Below are positions 25,668 to 39,700 of a stretch of DNA of 64,000 bases, one piece after another (the first letter of the stretch is position 1; every line of letters begins with the position of its first letter). Origin of the DNA: Cycas panzhihuaensis (lineage: Eukaryota; Plantae; Cycadophyta); contig CM041465.1 in assembly GCA_023213395.1 (NCBI GenBank), positions 224,633,741-224,697,740 on the forward strand, read 5' to 3'. Under the pieces are notes generated by a model. It did no database searches and was not told the origin of the DNA. It was given only the letters and a program-made list of their open reading frames with translations. The translations under genes and the position numbers were made by a program.

Positions 25668-28600
25668 TGATAGAAGAATTAATGTTGATTTCATTAATTC
25701 AACATTAGTTATTTTATAAATGTAATGTACATTTGTAATATTAATGTGATGTTAGTACATTGTAAGGGTATTAGTGTCATAGTTGGGGTTAGTTACAACT
25801 TGAGGTTGTGAGCCTAAGCGTGTGGGGTCTTTTTTGCTCACACCTCATTGTAACGCACTTGAGTTGACCATACAGGGTGCCAAATGTCACCTTGCATGAT
25901 CAACCCTTCATATTCCATGCCTCTCTCGTAATTGTTAATATGTTGTATATATGAGGCATAATTTTGATGTAATGTAGAGTGGTTAATAAAATGTTTTTTT
26001 TGATATTGGAGGATTGATAAGTTTAACCTCCTTACATTGCCTTTTATGTGCATATTTTTGTGAGTGTTTTGTTTCTACTTTGTGGGACTTGAACTTGGGT
26101 TAAAGCTGGCACAAATTGCCACTCCCATCACTTGGTATCAGAACCACAAGAGGCACATCAGTTGTTTTTAGTGCGATCCTTCAAATCATAAGCAGATCTG
26201 TCTACATGACCATCATATTCAATCCACCCATAGGAACACTCTATTTTCTGCATCCCAACAATCTGCAACATAGTGAGCCATTTCATTCTGTAAATGTTGC
26301 CTAAAATAGAGACACTCTTTATCAATTCCAAGAGCTATAAGAAAAAGGTCCTTCCAATGAAGTCTTTGGAATGAGATTTATTATCGGGATTGATAAAGTG
26401 TTTAATCCTAGCAAGAGTGAACTCTCATACTCTCAATGGCCCTTGACGAGGAGATATCTCATTTTTGAAAGCCTGACCAATGCGTGCAACTGCAAATGGA
26501 AGCTTGTTTCCATTGTAGTAATAAAGGTCCTTGAAGTTCACAAAATATGCTGTGCAGCCTTTAGATGCAAGTACCCCAGACTTAAGCCTAACGGACTTCA
26601 AAGCTGACTCATGCTATGCACAACTCCTTAGTTGCAATACCAAATATTACTCATTGCTGCTTTCTTTCTTTGCACGAACAATAGACAACTTTCCAACTTT
26701 ATATTGTTGAATGCTCTCCACTTTTGGTTTCAGGGCCTTTGACTCTTCATCATTATCTTCAGGGTTGTAGCATGTTGTTGCTTATTCTTTGGCTTTTCGT
26801 CACTCTCATTAGAGTTTTCTTCCTCACTGCTACTCATACCCTTCACTTGATTTAATAGTGGTTGTCTTTATAGCCTGATTTTTCGTCTTGGCTTACGATC
26901 ATCCATTGAGTCAACGAAAGACATTGCATACAACTCGATGGTGGTCATAGCGTAGGGTCGACGAAACCTACACCTGAAGAATCAATGCAACCATAGTCTG
27001 AACATTGTTGGCCTTCCCAACACATAGGCGAGCAGACGAAGAGGGCAAATATTTTATTGATATTGATATACTGAGTATGAAGCTTGCATGGCCTATAGAC
27101 ACTTGATCCAGAGGAGATTGGACTAAATATTTGTCCAATATTGATGGAATTTTTTATGAGTTGCAAAGACACTTTTTGTAGGCAACCCTTCACATTTCTT
27201 TTCACTGCCATTCACAATAGGAGTAATGAAACTACTCGATGAGATCCTTGCAATGCCCTCACCCCGAATACAGTGCTAGTTTTTGATTTCATAGCTTGAG
27301 CGAGAAGAAGTCACCCCTTATATCCACATTCAATTGCTCATTTTTTCAAAAAATCATCATTGGATTTTTTATTTTCTATAGTTTTTAAACTTTAGATTAT
27401 ATATTTTAGGATATTCACAGAATATTCCTTTTTAAATTTTGGTCTCAACCTAAAGTTTTATTTTTTAATCATTTTTTAGCCCATTTTTAGTCATTTTAAG
27501 CCCCTTTTTTGATTTGTTTTAGGCAGTCTTTTCAAATTTTAGGGCCTTTTTCAATTTTTGACATTTTTCTATTTAAAAACACAAAAAAGTTTAAATTTTA
27601 ATCACAAAATCTTAAACAATACTTGAAAGATTAAACAAGATAACTCCTAAGGGAACGACCGTGATTACTAACCTTGAAAGGGGAACAGTTAGGACTCTTG
27701 AATTTACCACTCCCGCACACACTATTGTGCTTTTCGAACTCTACGGACTATAGGGCAAGCCAATAGCTATTAGGTGTATTGTGTGGCAGGCTGACATGCT
27801 TACCTAAACCTTGGAGTTTGGAGACTAGGCTAGACTCAGAGAGAGTGATTGCCTCGATTGTAAGTGTGCTTTTAGACGAAGATCTATCGTTCAAGCTATA
27901 AATCTAGTGTAGATGGGTCAATAGTGTCGAGAGGGCAGCAGAGCCTTCAGTAGTGCTCCTGTACCTTCCAGTATATGGGGTCCCCAAGTTGCCATTTATG
28001 AGCAAGTATGCCAGTAGACAAAACTGCCTCAACTACCGGGGGCTATTAGGAAAGGAGACACGAAGACTATAGCTACTAGATTAACAAACCTTTCTAGGTA
28101 GACAGAACACATACCCAAGATAAAATGGCACTTCAAATGGTCACAACTAATACAATTAAATTATTTGGTAGTGATAATTTCTTGGCTTAGAAGAAGCAAG
28201 TCAAGAATATTCTAATAAAAAACAAACTACGGGCTTATGTTTTTGGTCAAATTCCTATGCCTAAAGACACTCAAGATCCTAATGATTTGGATGTTGTCAT
28301 TCTTGTCGATCCTAATGCTTTAGTTGCCTTTAAAGAATCCATTAAATTTGCCCCTTCATTCCTACATCTATCTTGTAAAGATAATGTTGACCAAAACATT
28401 GAACTTGCCCCCACTTCTGTTGATGCTTGGAATATAATCTGTGCATTGTATGAGAGGAAGGACAATGCAAAAACTGCCAGGCTCAAAGCATAGCTCTATT
28501 CCATATTGTTTGTAGGATCTATTGATGTCCATCTGACACAAATCAAATCGTTCAAGAATTAGTTGAGTGTTATGGGTTAGCCACTAGATGATAGTGATCT

Positions 28601-28788
28601 TATATCTTGTATAGTCAATGTTGTGCCAATTGGATATAATTCCCTCATATTCAACCTGTCTCATATAGATTGTCTTGCCATGCTTGATTTCAACACTTTT
28701 GAAGGTCTTCTAATCGAAGAGGAATGCATCCTGAATAGACTAGAAGATTTAGGTGCCCCCTCTTCAACTCCAACCTTTGTAGCATTGT
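25668..28788 (+). mobile_element. Copia-2: 5' portion (5' LTR, PBS, leader of about 2 kb, decayed gag), interrupted by Gypsy-4
   Basis: TGatag...catCA LTR at 25668-26130; PBS tggtatcaga at 26133; gag from about 28125 (MALQMVTTNTIKLFGSDNF..., DAWNIICALYERKD), homologous to Copia-3 gag. No matching 3' LTR in the window. Confidence 0.8.
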
Positions 28789-31580
28789 TGTAGACAAATT
28801 TGACACCTATGCGTCTAAAGGAAGGAACATATGGTTAATTTTGATTTAATGCAGTTGATAAATGCAGGGCAACCATTCGGCAAACATTCAAGAAATAGAA
28901 AGGACAAGAATCCAACAAGTAAACAGGTAGAACAGGGTGTGTTCCACCACAGGAACACGCTATACAGAAAAGGAATGCATGCAGAACAACCTAGGAATGC
29001 ACCATGAATGCTCGCGGAACAAACCAGGCAGGAAAAAGGCACATAGATCGAGACTGTACAGACGTACGTACAGATTGACTAGCAGTGGAATGGATTAATT
29101 AAGAAACGATTATAAAAAGGTGTGCTTTAAGAAAAAGGGGCGATTGTGACTTTTAGTCACAACTGTTCCTCAACAAGGACACACAAACTATTTAAGCACA
29201 TTCAATCAATGGGATGGATGTGAGAGACGAGTTATTTATTCTATGGCATGTTCTCAAGGATGACAACTAAGTCAATGAGTCTTGTGATACATTCTCAAGT
29301 GTGAGAGTTGAGTGATTCAATCTTATGTCACACTCTCAACGGTAAGAGCTAGGTTATTCATGTTAAACCTTATGTTTAAATGTTAAGTTAATGTACTTTT
29401 ATTTTTCATGTAATATATGCACTTTCACTTTAGGGGTGACTTATCACTTAAGTGATAAAGTGCACACCCACATTCTTTCTAGTGACACAACGTTGTCACT
29501 AAAGGGTCAAATGGACCCTCATGCACTTTTGCACTTGATACAAGTCATGTATCTTGGATGTTTGACACTTGTCAAACATCCAAGGCCTTAGGTCTCTCAT
29601 TTCACTCTATATAATGAGACCTCTCCTCATTGTCTCATAAGGAGAGTTGGAGTCAGATTGTTGTGCTATCAGTTTGCTAATCAAGCTGTTTCTTCTTGGG
29701 AGGTTGGACCAATTCCAACTCCACATATTGGGTATCATTTTCTCTTGCTCCTATTTCTCTTTGTGCTCTTTCATGCTTTCATGCTTTCATACATTTGAAG
29801 TATTGTGCATGTATTTATGATCTTGGGACTAATGTGGCCTAATGCCCATTTTCCACATTTGGTATCAGAGCCTTAAGGTCTCTGTTTAAGCATTCTTTTA
29901 TCTCTGTCATTTGTTGTTTGGAGGCGCCAAGTCAAGATTCCTCATCGTGAAGGAAGTTCAACTCGGCCAAGGCGCCTAATCAAGACTCGATCCGATTAGC
30001 TTTTCGGCCAAGTCGGCGGGCTTCCTACCAACTCATCATCACTGCAGACACAGCATTCATTCCAGCTCGATTTCCGACTCCGTCCATTTGTCTTTTGAGG
30101 AAATTCCTCCAAGATTCCACTCTCATCACGACTCGGTAGCGATGAATGACAACTCAACTCAAGCGCCACCTCGCAAGTGACATCCTTTGTCACTCCCGGA
30201 AGACTGTCTAGTCATTGAGCATTCCATCCAAGATTTAATCACATCACTGTTCTTGCTGCCAACTCGGATCGGCCGGTGCTCTCTGTCCGGCTCGACAAAG
30301 CGATTCCAGCTGTCCTCTCTCTCTGTCGACTTAGCACCTTTGGATTCCGGTGTCCTCTCTCTCTGTCCAGCTCAGAAATCATCTTAAGAGTATTCTTTGA
30401 GTCACCGCCATTGTCATCAAGACTTTGCCAAGAAATGACCAAGTACACACTCATTTATTCCTCCCAAATCACCATTCCTCCCAACTCACCATTTCGAGAA
30501 TACATCCGGTGTCCGGCAAAGATTCAATTGTCCAGTTGTTTAGCACACTATCCAGCACTTTAGGTGCCAACTCACCTCTGCCACTCATCACGGCTAGTCG
30601 CCACCATCATCTATCTAGCGATCACGGTGAGTATCTTTGAGATCGGCCCATTCCTTTGCCTGATCGGCAGCACTTATCCCCTGCCACATCAGCAGTCCTC
30701 TGTTAATTGCCAGCTCAACTCTCATTGCCAGCTCATATTGACAGCTCAGCACAGTCACTGTCCTCTTCATTTTTCCAGCTCATTAAGTGCTCAATCAGCA
30801 AGTATTCCAGCTCATCTCAGTGCCCAGCAGGCCTGCCAACTCAGCAGTGGAAATTCAAATCTCCTTTTTAGCATATTTTGATCAATATGCTCATGTGAAT
30901 TCTCTTTTAAAAGATTTTAAGAGATTTTTTTTAAATTTCTTAAGAGGGGAAATTTTAAAAAAAAGACTTTAAGTCTTTATAGCTGGGCCTACTTAAAGTT
31001 TTTTTTTACATTGGCACTCTTGATTCTCAAAAAGTACTTGTGTACTTACTGTTTTAAGCTTTTTTTCACACTTTCATGCTATTAAAGCATCATTGGGCTT
31101 AATTATTGTGATCAAGAGGAATATTTTCATTGTAAAGGTGAAGAAAATTACCACCTAACTTCAGTTTTTGGCACCTTGCATGGTGACCTTGACCTTCTTC
31201 AGTTCAAAAAGGAAGGCTCATTGTGAAAAGTAATAAAATCACTTTTTTCTTGTTAGATTGTTGAGACATTTTAAGTCTCAACAAATGGTGGAGTTTGTGT
31301 TGGACTTTGGAGCAATTTCTTGAGTACATTTCATCATTTTATCGATTTTGAGCTTAAAAGGAACCCTCTTTCTTGTCATCAAAGGTTCCTTACATCGCTT
31401 TTAAGTACTCAAAGTACTTTATCATTGTACTCGAGCATACATAGCACCTCACTTGGATCTAAAGCACTTGAAACTGCTTTGTGCTCATTCTTTGTAAGCC
31501 AAAAGGCATAAAAAAAAAAAAAAAAATCCAAGTAAGAAGATTCACTTAGACTTGTTTAAAAGTGAATTTAAAATCATTGG

Positions 31581-31965
31581 AGAGGCTCGAAAAGGTTCAA
31601 ACCTTGCCTCTAAATTAACCTTAAGCTTGGTGCATTCCCTAGGGGACCAACCGAATGCAGTCGGTGTGCCACGACAATTAAGGTTGCTTGAGGGAAAGGA
31701 GGTTCGAAAAGGGTGTTATTGGGGTACATGAATCCTGTGGAAAGCATTTTACGTCCATGCAGATCAACCCTACTTGCCTTGTCCTAGATTTAACTTGGTC
31801 CTCCACCTCATTAGCCAGAGTCCTCCACCTCTCTTTACCCCATTGGTTGTTGGATCTTCTTGTAAGATCAGGACTAGTGGTGTTGTTTGAGGGTGGGTCT
31901 TAAGCGACAAAGCTTTTGAAGTCTCCAAGTTATCTGCTAGCTTCAAGTGTTACTCAAGTGGAAAG
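31581..31965 (+). promoter_or_regulatory. Conserved structured cis-element upstream of gag AUG, Copia-3 copy
   Basis: Same motif series: gagaggc..gcctct, ccttaag..ttaagg, tccctagggga, gatctt..aagatc, gcagat..atctgc. Confidence 0.6.
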
Positions 31966-34900
31966 ATGGCTGCCATAAATATGCTTAATGCTTGTACCAT
32001 AAGGCTAACAGGGCAATCAAATTATCAAGAATGGAAAAGAATCACAAAAAATCTCTTGATAATGAATGAGTTCTGGGGATATGTTTCTGGAAGAATCCCC
32101 AATCCTACACTTGTGGTTAATGATAATCAACCCGCATCTATGGATGTTCAACTTGTTCTTTGCATGGGAGGCCAAAGGCGAAATTGCCTTGGCTTTCATT
32201 CGTATGGTTGTGGACATACATGTAGACCAAAATATTTCTTACGCACACTCTTCTAAAGAAGCATGGGACACCTTGTCCTCTTTGTATGAAAGGCGAGATG
32301 AAGCTCGCATTTTGATGATAAAAGCTAAATTGTACTCCATCAAATTTGTAAGGCCAATGTCGGCATTCATGTCCTCTGTTAAGGAGGTTTGTAATGAATT
32401 AACTACTTTAGGTAGTCCAGCTACAAGAGATGAAATCATAGCCTCCATCACAAAAGCAACGCCAAAGGACTACAATGGCTTTGTAGCAGCCACTACACGA
32501 GATGGTTCACTAAGGGGGATGACAGACAAACAACTTGAAAGCTTATTGCTTCAAGAAGAACAAATTTATGCTAAGGATAATGAAGAACCATCTACATCGG
32601 TGCTTTCACAAAGAAGGGCAAAGACAACTCAAAAATCCAAAACTGCATTCACAAAGCAGTTTGGAAATATGAACATTGGATCTTCCATGTCCAATGTAGT
32701 ATGCCATTATTGTGGCAAACCTGGCCACATTGCACCTGAGTGCAAAAAGAAACAAGCGGATTTTCAAAAGGCAGCGACCACGTGGTCAAAGACAAGCGGC
32801 CACGTGGTCAAAGACAACGGCAGCCACGACAACAATTTCAACAAAGATTCCAACATCGGATCGGTGCGGTTTCCCCTCGACCAAATTGAGGTGCCTATTG
32901 AGGAGGTCCACAAGGAGGGGGGGGTCAAAGAAATGGATACAAGCGCCATTATAATCAGTTTGCCAATGACGACAAACTACTTTGTGCATACCAATCATCC
33001 AAGGTTGACAACACTTGGATTGTCGATTCAGGAGCCACTCGACATATGACGGGGAGTGCAGTACTCCTATGCAACATCAAGGAAGGTAAAGGTCATTTAG
33101 TGACCTTTGGAAATCTTGAATCGCTTGAGGTTTCGTGAATAGGCACCATAGCTCCTTTTCATTCTCCTCAAAATCCTTCCTCATCATTTCCCAACAAGGA
33201 TGCCTACTTCATTCCTTCTATGGAGAAGAATCGCTCTCTGTTAGCGGATGAACAAGCAACACATGAGCGTACTATTTAAAAATGGGAAATGTATTAATTG
33301 TGACAAAGATGATCAGATCATAGTCAGTAGCCTATGAGGATCAAGGTCTTTACAAGTTGGATGCCAATAATATTACTCTTAATTCGCTTACTTTGGTTCC
33401 ACATCTTTGTCAAAAATTCGCTTATGGCATCAACGTCTAGGACATTTAAGCCTAGACAATCAAGCGTATGACATACAACGCATGGTGTATGGGCTTCCAA
33501 AGATCTATGGTTCAAAATGTCTTTGCGAAGCTTGCATAATGGGGACACAACATCTGCCTTTTTCTTAAAGGCAAAGCATGGCGTGCATCTTATCCTTTGC
33601 AATTAGTTCACTCAGACTTGTGTGGACCCATGTCCACCCACTCCTTTGGAGGAGCAAAGGTACTACATATCTTTTATTGATGACTTCTCTCACAAAGTCT
33701 GGGTCTACTTCCTAAAGCTTAAATCAGAAGCCTTCTCCAAGTTCAAAGAGTTCAAGGCGGAAGTAGAAAATGAATCTAGCTACTCAATTGGCACATTAAG
33801 GTCAGATAATGGAGGTGAATTCACTTCAAATGAATTCAACCAATTTTGCAAGGATAATGGAATTTGGAGACAACTCACAACTCCTCATACTCCTCAGCAA
33901 AATGGAGTCTCCGAGAGGATGAATAGAACTTTGGCTAATAAAGCGTAACAATGATGCATGCAAAGGGCTTCCAAGAGCTTCATGGGCAAGCATTTCAAAC
34001 AATGCCTATGTGGCCAATCAAGTCCTACAACAACAAATACCAATATCACACCTGAGGAGGCATGGTCTGGAAAGAAGCCAACTATCAGCCATTTGAGAAC
34101 ATTCGGGTGTACTGCGTATATGCACATACCAGATCAACAAAGAACAAAGTTGGACAAACATAGCCTTAAATGCATCTTTGTAGGATATGCACTCCATAGC
34201 AAAGCCTACAAGTTGTATGATCCAGTTGGGAGAAAATGCATCTCTCAAGAGATGTAATCTTTGTTGAGGATGATCAAAAGAGTTGGATATGGCATCAATC
34301 CAACCCCCCATTGACAAAGGGAAAAACATTGTTGAGGACTTCCCTTCCCCTCAATCTTACACACCATGTTCTTCATCTGCACCTTCATGCGTCTACTTCA
34401 TCTTCATCGCTCCACTTGAACCTTCCACTTCATCTTACGCTACTCCTACACTTAGACCGTAAGATATTGAGGTTCATGCCACATCACTTGAAGTTACCTA
34501 AGTGGTACACTCAAAGCAGTGCAGATGGTCATATCATTGAAGGAAACGTCCATCAAAGTATCGGCGAGAAACAAACTTTGCACTTATGGTCAAGTGCTTT
34601 CTCTTGATGAGCCTACTACCTTTTCGGAGGCTTCACAAAGTGATAGTTGGAAAGTTGCCATGGATGAGGAGATTCAATCCATTCACAAGAATGGTACTTG
34701 GGACTTGGTCGAATTGCCTCCACACAAACAGGCAATCAGTTGTAAATGGGTCTACAAGACCAAATTCCATTCTGATGGGACACTCAAGCGACGTAAAGCA
34801 AGACTTGTAGCAAAGGGGTTTAAACAAATAGAAGGAATTGATTACGAGGAGACCTTTGCACCTGTAGCAAACATGAACACCATCAAACTTCTCTTGGCCT

Positions 34901-36120
34901 TAGCTGCACAATGCAAATGGGCCATATATCAGATGGACGTGAAGAGCGCCTTCCTCAACGGCGATCTTCAAGAGGAGGTATACTTGGAGCAACCTCCCCA
35001 TTACAAAGAACAAGGCAAGGAGCATTTGGTATGTCGCCTCAAGAAGGCTTTGTATGGCTTGAAACAAGCTCCTAGGGCATGGTACGCAAAAATCGATGAA
35101 TACTTTTTGAGACATGGGTTTCATCGATCCACATCTGATCCAAACTTGTACATCAAACATGAACATCACCATGTCACTTATATTGCCTTGTATGTAGACG
35201 ACTTAGTGATCACGGGTGATGACACTAAGCTCATCAATGTTCTCCAAGATGACTTGAAGAGAAGTTTTGAGATAAGCGATCTTGGACTTCTCCATTACTT
35301 TCTAGGCTTTGAGGTCCAGCAAGAGCTGTGCTATATTTTCATTTCCCAAGCAAAATATTCTTGGGACATCTTGCGAGATTCGGGATGCACGATCGCAAGA
35401 CTCGCCTACACCCATGGAGAACGGCACCAAGCTTTCTCTTAATGAGGAAGTCAACCACAGATCCCACTCTCTATCGACAGTTGATTGGTAGCTTGATATA
35501 TCTCACCAACACTGCCTAGACATTTCATTTGCGCTTGGGATTTGCTCGTTACATGTCTCAACCCAATCGACATAATCGAATACAAGAAACGCATACTCAA
35601 GTATATCAAAGGAACATTCGCTTGGACTTGAGTATGTACATAAGGAGAACTTCACTTTGGAGCGGTTCTCCGATTCGATTAAGGTGATGCCGTGATAGCA
35701 GAAATCTACCTCTGCCACTGCTTTTACCCTTGGTTCAAGAATGTTTCATGGAGTTGCAAGAAGCAACCAAATGTTACCTTGTCCTCCACCAAGGTAATAC
35801 AAAGCTACAATCGGTAGACTTGTGAGGCTATCCGCTCGACGGATTCTTGGTGAGCTTGGATTTCAAGGAAGCACCGACCACCTTCATTGTGACAATCGAG
35901 TGTCCTCAAGCTAACAAAGAATCTCGCTTTTCCACGCAGACGACCAAGCATATTGAAGTTCACCACCATTTCATCAGGGAGCATGTACACAGTGGTGAGA
36001 TCACACTTCAATATCGACCAACCCGAGCAGACGGCAGATATCTTTACCAAGCCACTTGGTAGAGACAAATTTGTAAAATTTAGAGATGGTCTTGGTGTCC
36101 GACTTAACATTGTAAATGAA
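31966..36120 (+). pseudogene. Copia-3 gag-pol (gag, CCHC, PR, INT, RT, RNase H) with many frameshifts in this assembly
   Basis: MAAINMLNAC..., [76 protein letters not shown]. Confidence 0.92.
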
Positions 36121-37779
36121 GGGGAGTGTTAAACCTTATGTTTAAATGTTAAGTTAATGTACTTTTATTTTTCATGTAATATATGCACTTTCACTTTAGG
36201 GGTGACTTATCACTTAAGTGATAAAGTGCACACCCACATTCTTTCTAGTGACACAACGTTGTCACTAAAGGGTCAAATGGACCCTCATGCACTTTTGCAC
36301 TTGATACAAGTCATGTATCTTGGATGTTTGACACTTGTCAAACATCCAAGGCCTTAGGTCTCTCATTTCACTCTATATAATGAGACCTCTCCTCATTGTC
36401 TCATAAGGAGAGTTGAGTCAGATTGTTGTGCTATCAGTTTGCTAATCAAACTGTTTCTTCTTGGGAGGTTGGACCAATTCCAACTCCACATATTGGGTAT
36501 CATTTTCTCTTGCTCCTATTTCTCTTTATGCTCTTTCATGCTTTCATGCTTTCATACATTTGAAGTATTGTGCATGTATTTATGATCTTGGGACTAATGT
36601 GGCCTAATGCCCATTTTCCACAATTCATTCCTATGTCATGTGTTCAAGGGTGAGAGCCAAGTGATTAAATTTTATAGCATGTTTTCAAGGTGTGAGAGTT
36701 GAGTCAAGTGAACCATTGGATCTAATCTAGTGCAGATGGCAGTCCATCATTGTAAGGAAACATAATATGATGTAATTATTGACTATTGTTTAATGGAATT
36801 ACAGAGTTACATGGAATTTATGTGCATATAATGAGGAATACACACTGTTTTATTGTGTTGTATGATTATATTGTGGACCTATGAGGTGTAATTTAATACA
36901 TGAATGCGTATGTTGATCGTGAGCACACCCTAGACTGCAGTGGAAACCTTGACAAGTGAATATCTCAGTAGAACATATATTAAGTCAACATTGGTTCCAT
37001 TATGTAAGTGTACTAAGTGGAGGGAAGAAGAAGCTGGAATCTTTTATGTGTAAAGGGCAAGTCACCCTGGCTGTCGCAGTGATGGCAGGCTCTAACTAAG
37101 CCTCGATAGCCAAGGGGACCTTCCAATGCCACCTAAATGGCCTTTCAAGGCAAAGGAGTCATAGACAAAATCTAAGGGGATAGCGGAGTCAAGTAGGCAG
37201 AGAACCTGAAGATGGTCCAAGGAGAAAAAGTTAAGGAAAGCAAGGAGATTGAGTATAGGGAAAATGGAAGACCAAATAGAATTAGTGGAAGGTTTTGAGC
37301 CAAGTCGTGTATAGACACGACAAAATACAAAAAATGAAGGCCAGGGGGGCCAATGACAATCACACCTACTCAAGAACAGTGTGACAATCTCAATAGAGAA
37401 GAGGATATTGAAAATGATGAAACAAAGGAAATAAGCACCCCTAAAAAGGAATTAAGTCTGGACTCTACTCTGAAGGACCTAAGTGATAATGAAGAGAAGG
37501 CAAAGGAAGGTCCCCAGGCATATTGGAAAAATCATCTTATTAGACAATTATTTGAGTATTCACGAGAGGGAACTGTAGATCAATCACTTTTAATAACAAC
37601 TCTAGTAGCGACAGAAATACAGGGAGTACCTGGAGTTATACAATTGAAAACACCTATTCAGAATCCCTTATTCGGGAAGGGGAATAGTGGAGAAGAGATG
37701 CCACTATGAGGATTTTACAGAAAGTTTTCAAAAGGAAAGGAGACAATCCCACCCCAAAACAGGGGAAGAAGGAATAATC

Positions 37780-39700
37780 TGACAATGGCACATCATAAAG
37801 AATTAAGGAAGCTTATCTTTGATGATTCTACAGATGCAACATCGCACATATACTTATTCTAGAGATTGATAAATCTTGAAAAGAGTATAGATGAAACGAA
37901 AATGAAGGAAAGATTCACCTATTCACTAAGGGGTGTACCATTAGCTTGGTACAAGAAGTTGGACCCAAAAGAAACTTGGAATGAGATAAAGAAGGGATTT
38001 GAAGAAAGATTCTTGAAATATCATAATAATGACATCATAAAGTTAACTCTGAGGGAGATTGAGCAGAAACCAGGAGAGTCAGTAATGACATATATAAGTA
38101 GAATTGACATGATAGCCTTCGCAATGACAAAAGGTGAGAAAATTATGGATCTAAGCATGAGAACTTTCTTTGTGAATGGGTTAAACACCAAACTGAGGAA
38201 TGCAATGGCTTCACATCCATTGAAATCATATCAACATGCTCAAGAGTTGGCACTAGATTTCGATAAAGAAATTGATACAAAGAGAATAGCCTATGATCCC
38301 TTTGTTGTAAGGCTCCAAGAGGAAATAAATCAGTTGAAAACCCAAAATCATAATAGACCCCTATTTCAAATGGCAAAAATAGGAGAAAATTTAGAAGTGG
38401 AAGCCCTAAGGAAGGAAGTCGCAAGGTTAAATTTACAACACAACTTTCAGGAAAATATAGAGGAGGAATCAAGTAGACATAAGAATAAGGAAACTCCAAT
38501 AGAGAAATGGTGCCATATTGGTGAGGAAGGCATGCATACTACCAAAGAATGTGAATGTAATGCCAAGGCAGGGAAGCAAAATAGTTGGTGCCATATTTGT
38601 GACCAGAACATGCATAGCACTTAAGAATGTTATTTTAATACAAGAGGCACGGATGCTAGAGGAAGAGGATGAGGAAGAAACAACCCCAACACTAGAATAG
38701 TCTATACTACTCATACACAGGCAAAGAGTTCAAAGAAGAAATCTCCATTAGGAAGATGTCTAATATGTCTCGAATATGGACATTGGAAATTCGATTGTCC
38801 AATAGCTTAGAAGGAATACTCCTTTCTTTGCAAGAATTGTGGGCCAAGTACACATACGATAGAGGAGTGCAAGGGCAAAGGGAAAGCTTTTAATGGGGTA
38901 ACAATCATACCAAGTTCCCCTAAGAATGTGAACTTGCAAAATAAGAAGCATACGATGGAGAAAGATTGCCCTGATCCGAAAGTGAAGATTGACCAGTTCG
39001 CTGCCACCAAAAAATCATTAGGAGAAGCTGCCAAGGAAGAAGCAGCCAAATCCCTACCATTAGGGAAACTCGAAATCAAACAAGTGTATTGCAAAAAATA
39101 TAAATTGATAGAAAGAAAAACTCTAGAAGATAATCCATGTGAAGTGACTCTAAAACCCAACGAATTTCTACAAAAGTTGGTGATGATGGAAGACTAGGTT
39201 AAGTAATTGAAGTTGACTATCCTATTGGAGAAAGTAATAGAGTGGATTAAAGGAGGAATAATCCACCCCCTAGAAACTACATAGAATTTGCACAAGGTCA
39301 AACCCTCTTGCGACCTTGATCCCTCAGTTAACATAAGCATTTTGGGAGTTGCATTAAAGAACATCATTGTTGATGGGGGAGCCATAGTAAATGTACTACC
39401 AGCACAAACATGGAAAAAACTAGGGAGCCCACGAGTAACACCCACAAATTATTCATTAAAACTAGCAAATGAGTTGCTAGTAAAACCAGTGAGTTGTTTG
39501 GAGAATATACAAGTAAACGTAGTGGAAATCACAGTTCCAGTGGACTTTACTATCGTAGACATAGTGAAAGATATGGTAACTGACCCAACTGTACTAAGTA
39601 GGCCATGGCTGTATCAAATGGATTGTTTACAAAGCTAGAGAGATGTGACCTATACATTGATAGATGGAGGTAACGAAGTAGTTCTTCCCATGTTGGCGAA
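37780..39700 (+). pseudogene. Gypsy-4 gag (multiple zinc knuckles) and aspartic protease, decayed
   Basis: ORFs 37866-38624, 38928-39197, 39288-39638; boundaries approximate. Confidence 0.8.

Larger units (their letters stand above)
29361..36622 (+). mobile_element. Copia-3: full-length, very young Ty1/Copia element (7.26 kb)
   Basis: LTRs at 29361-29857 and 36127-36622, about 3 differences by eye; perfect TSD attca/attca; PBS tggtatcagagcc at 29860; PPT gaaggggag at 36118-36126. Confidence 0.97.
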
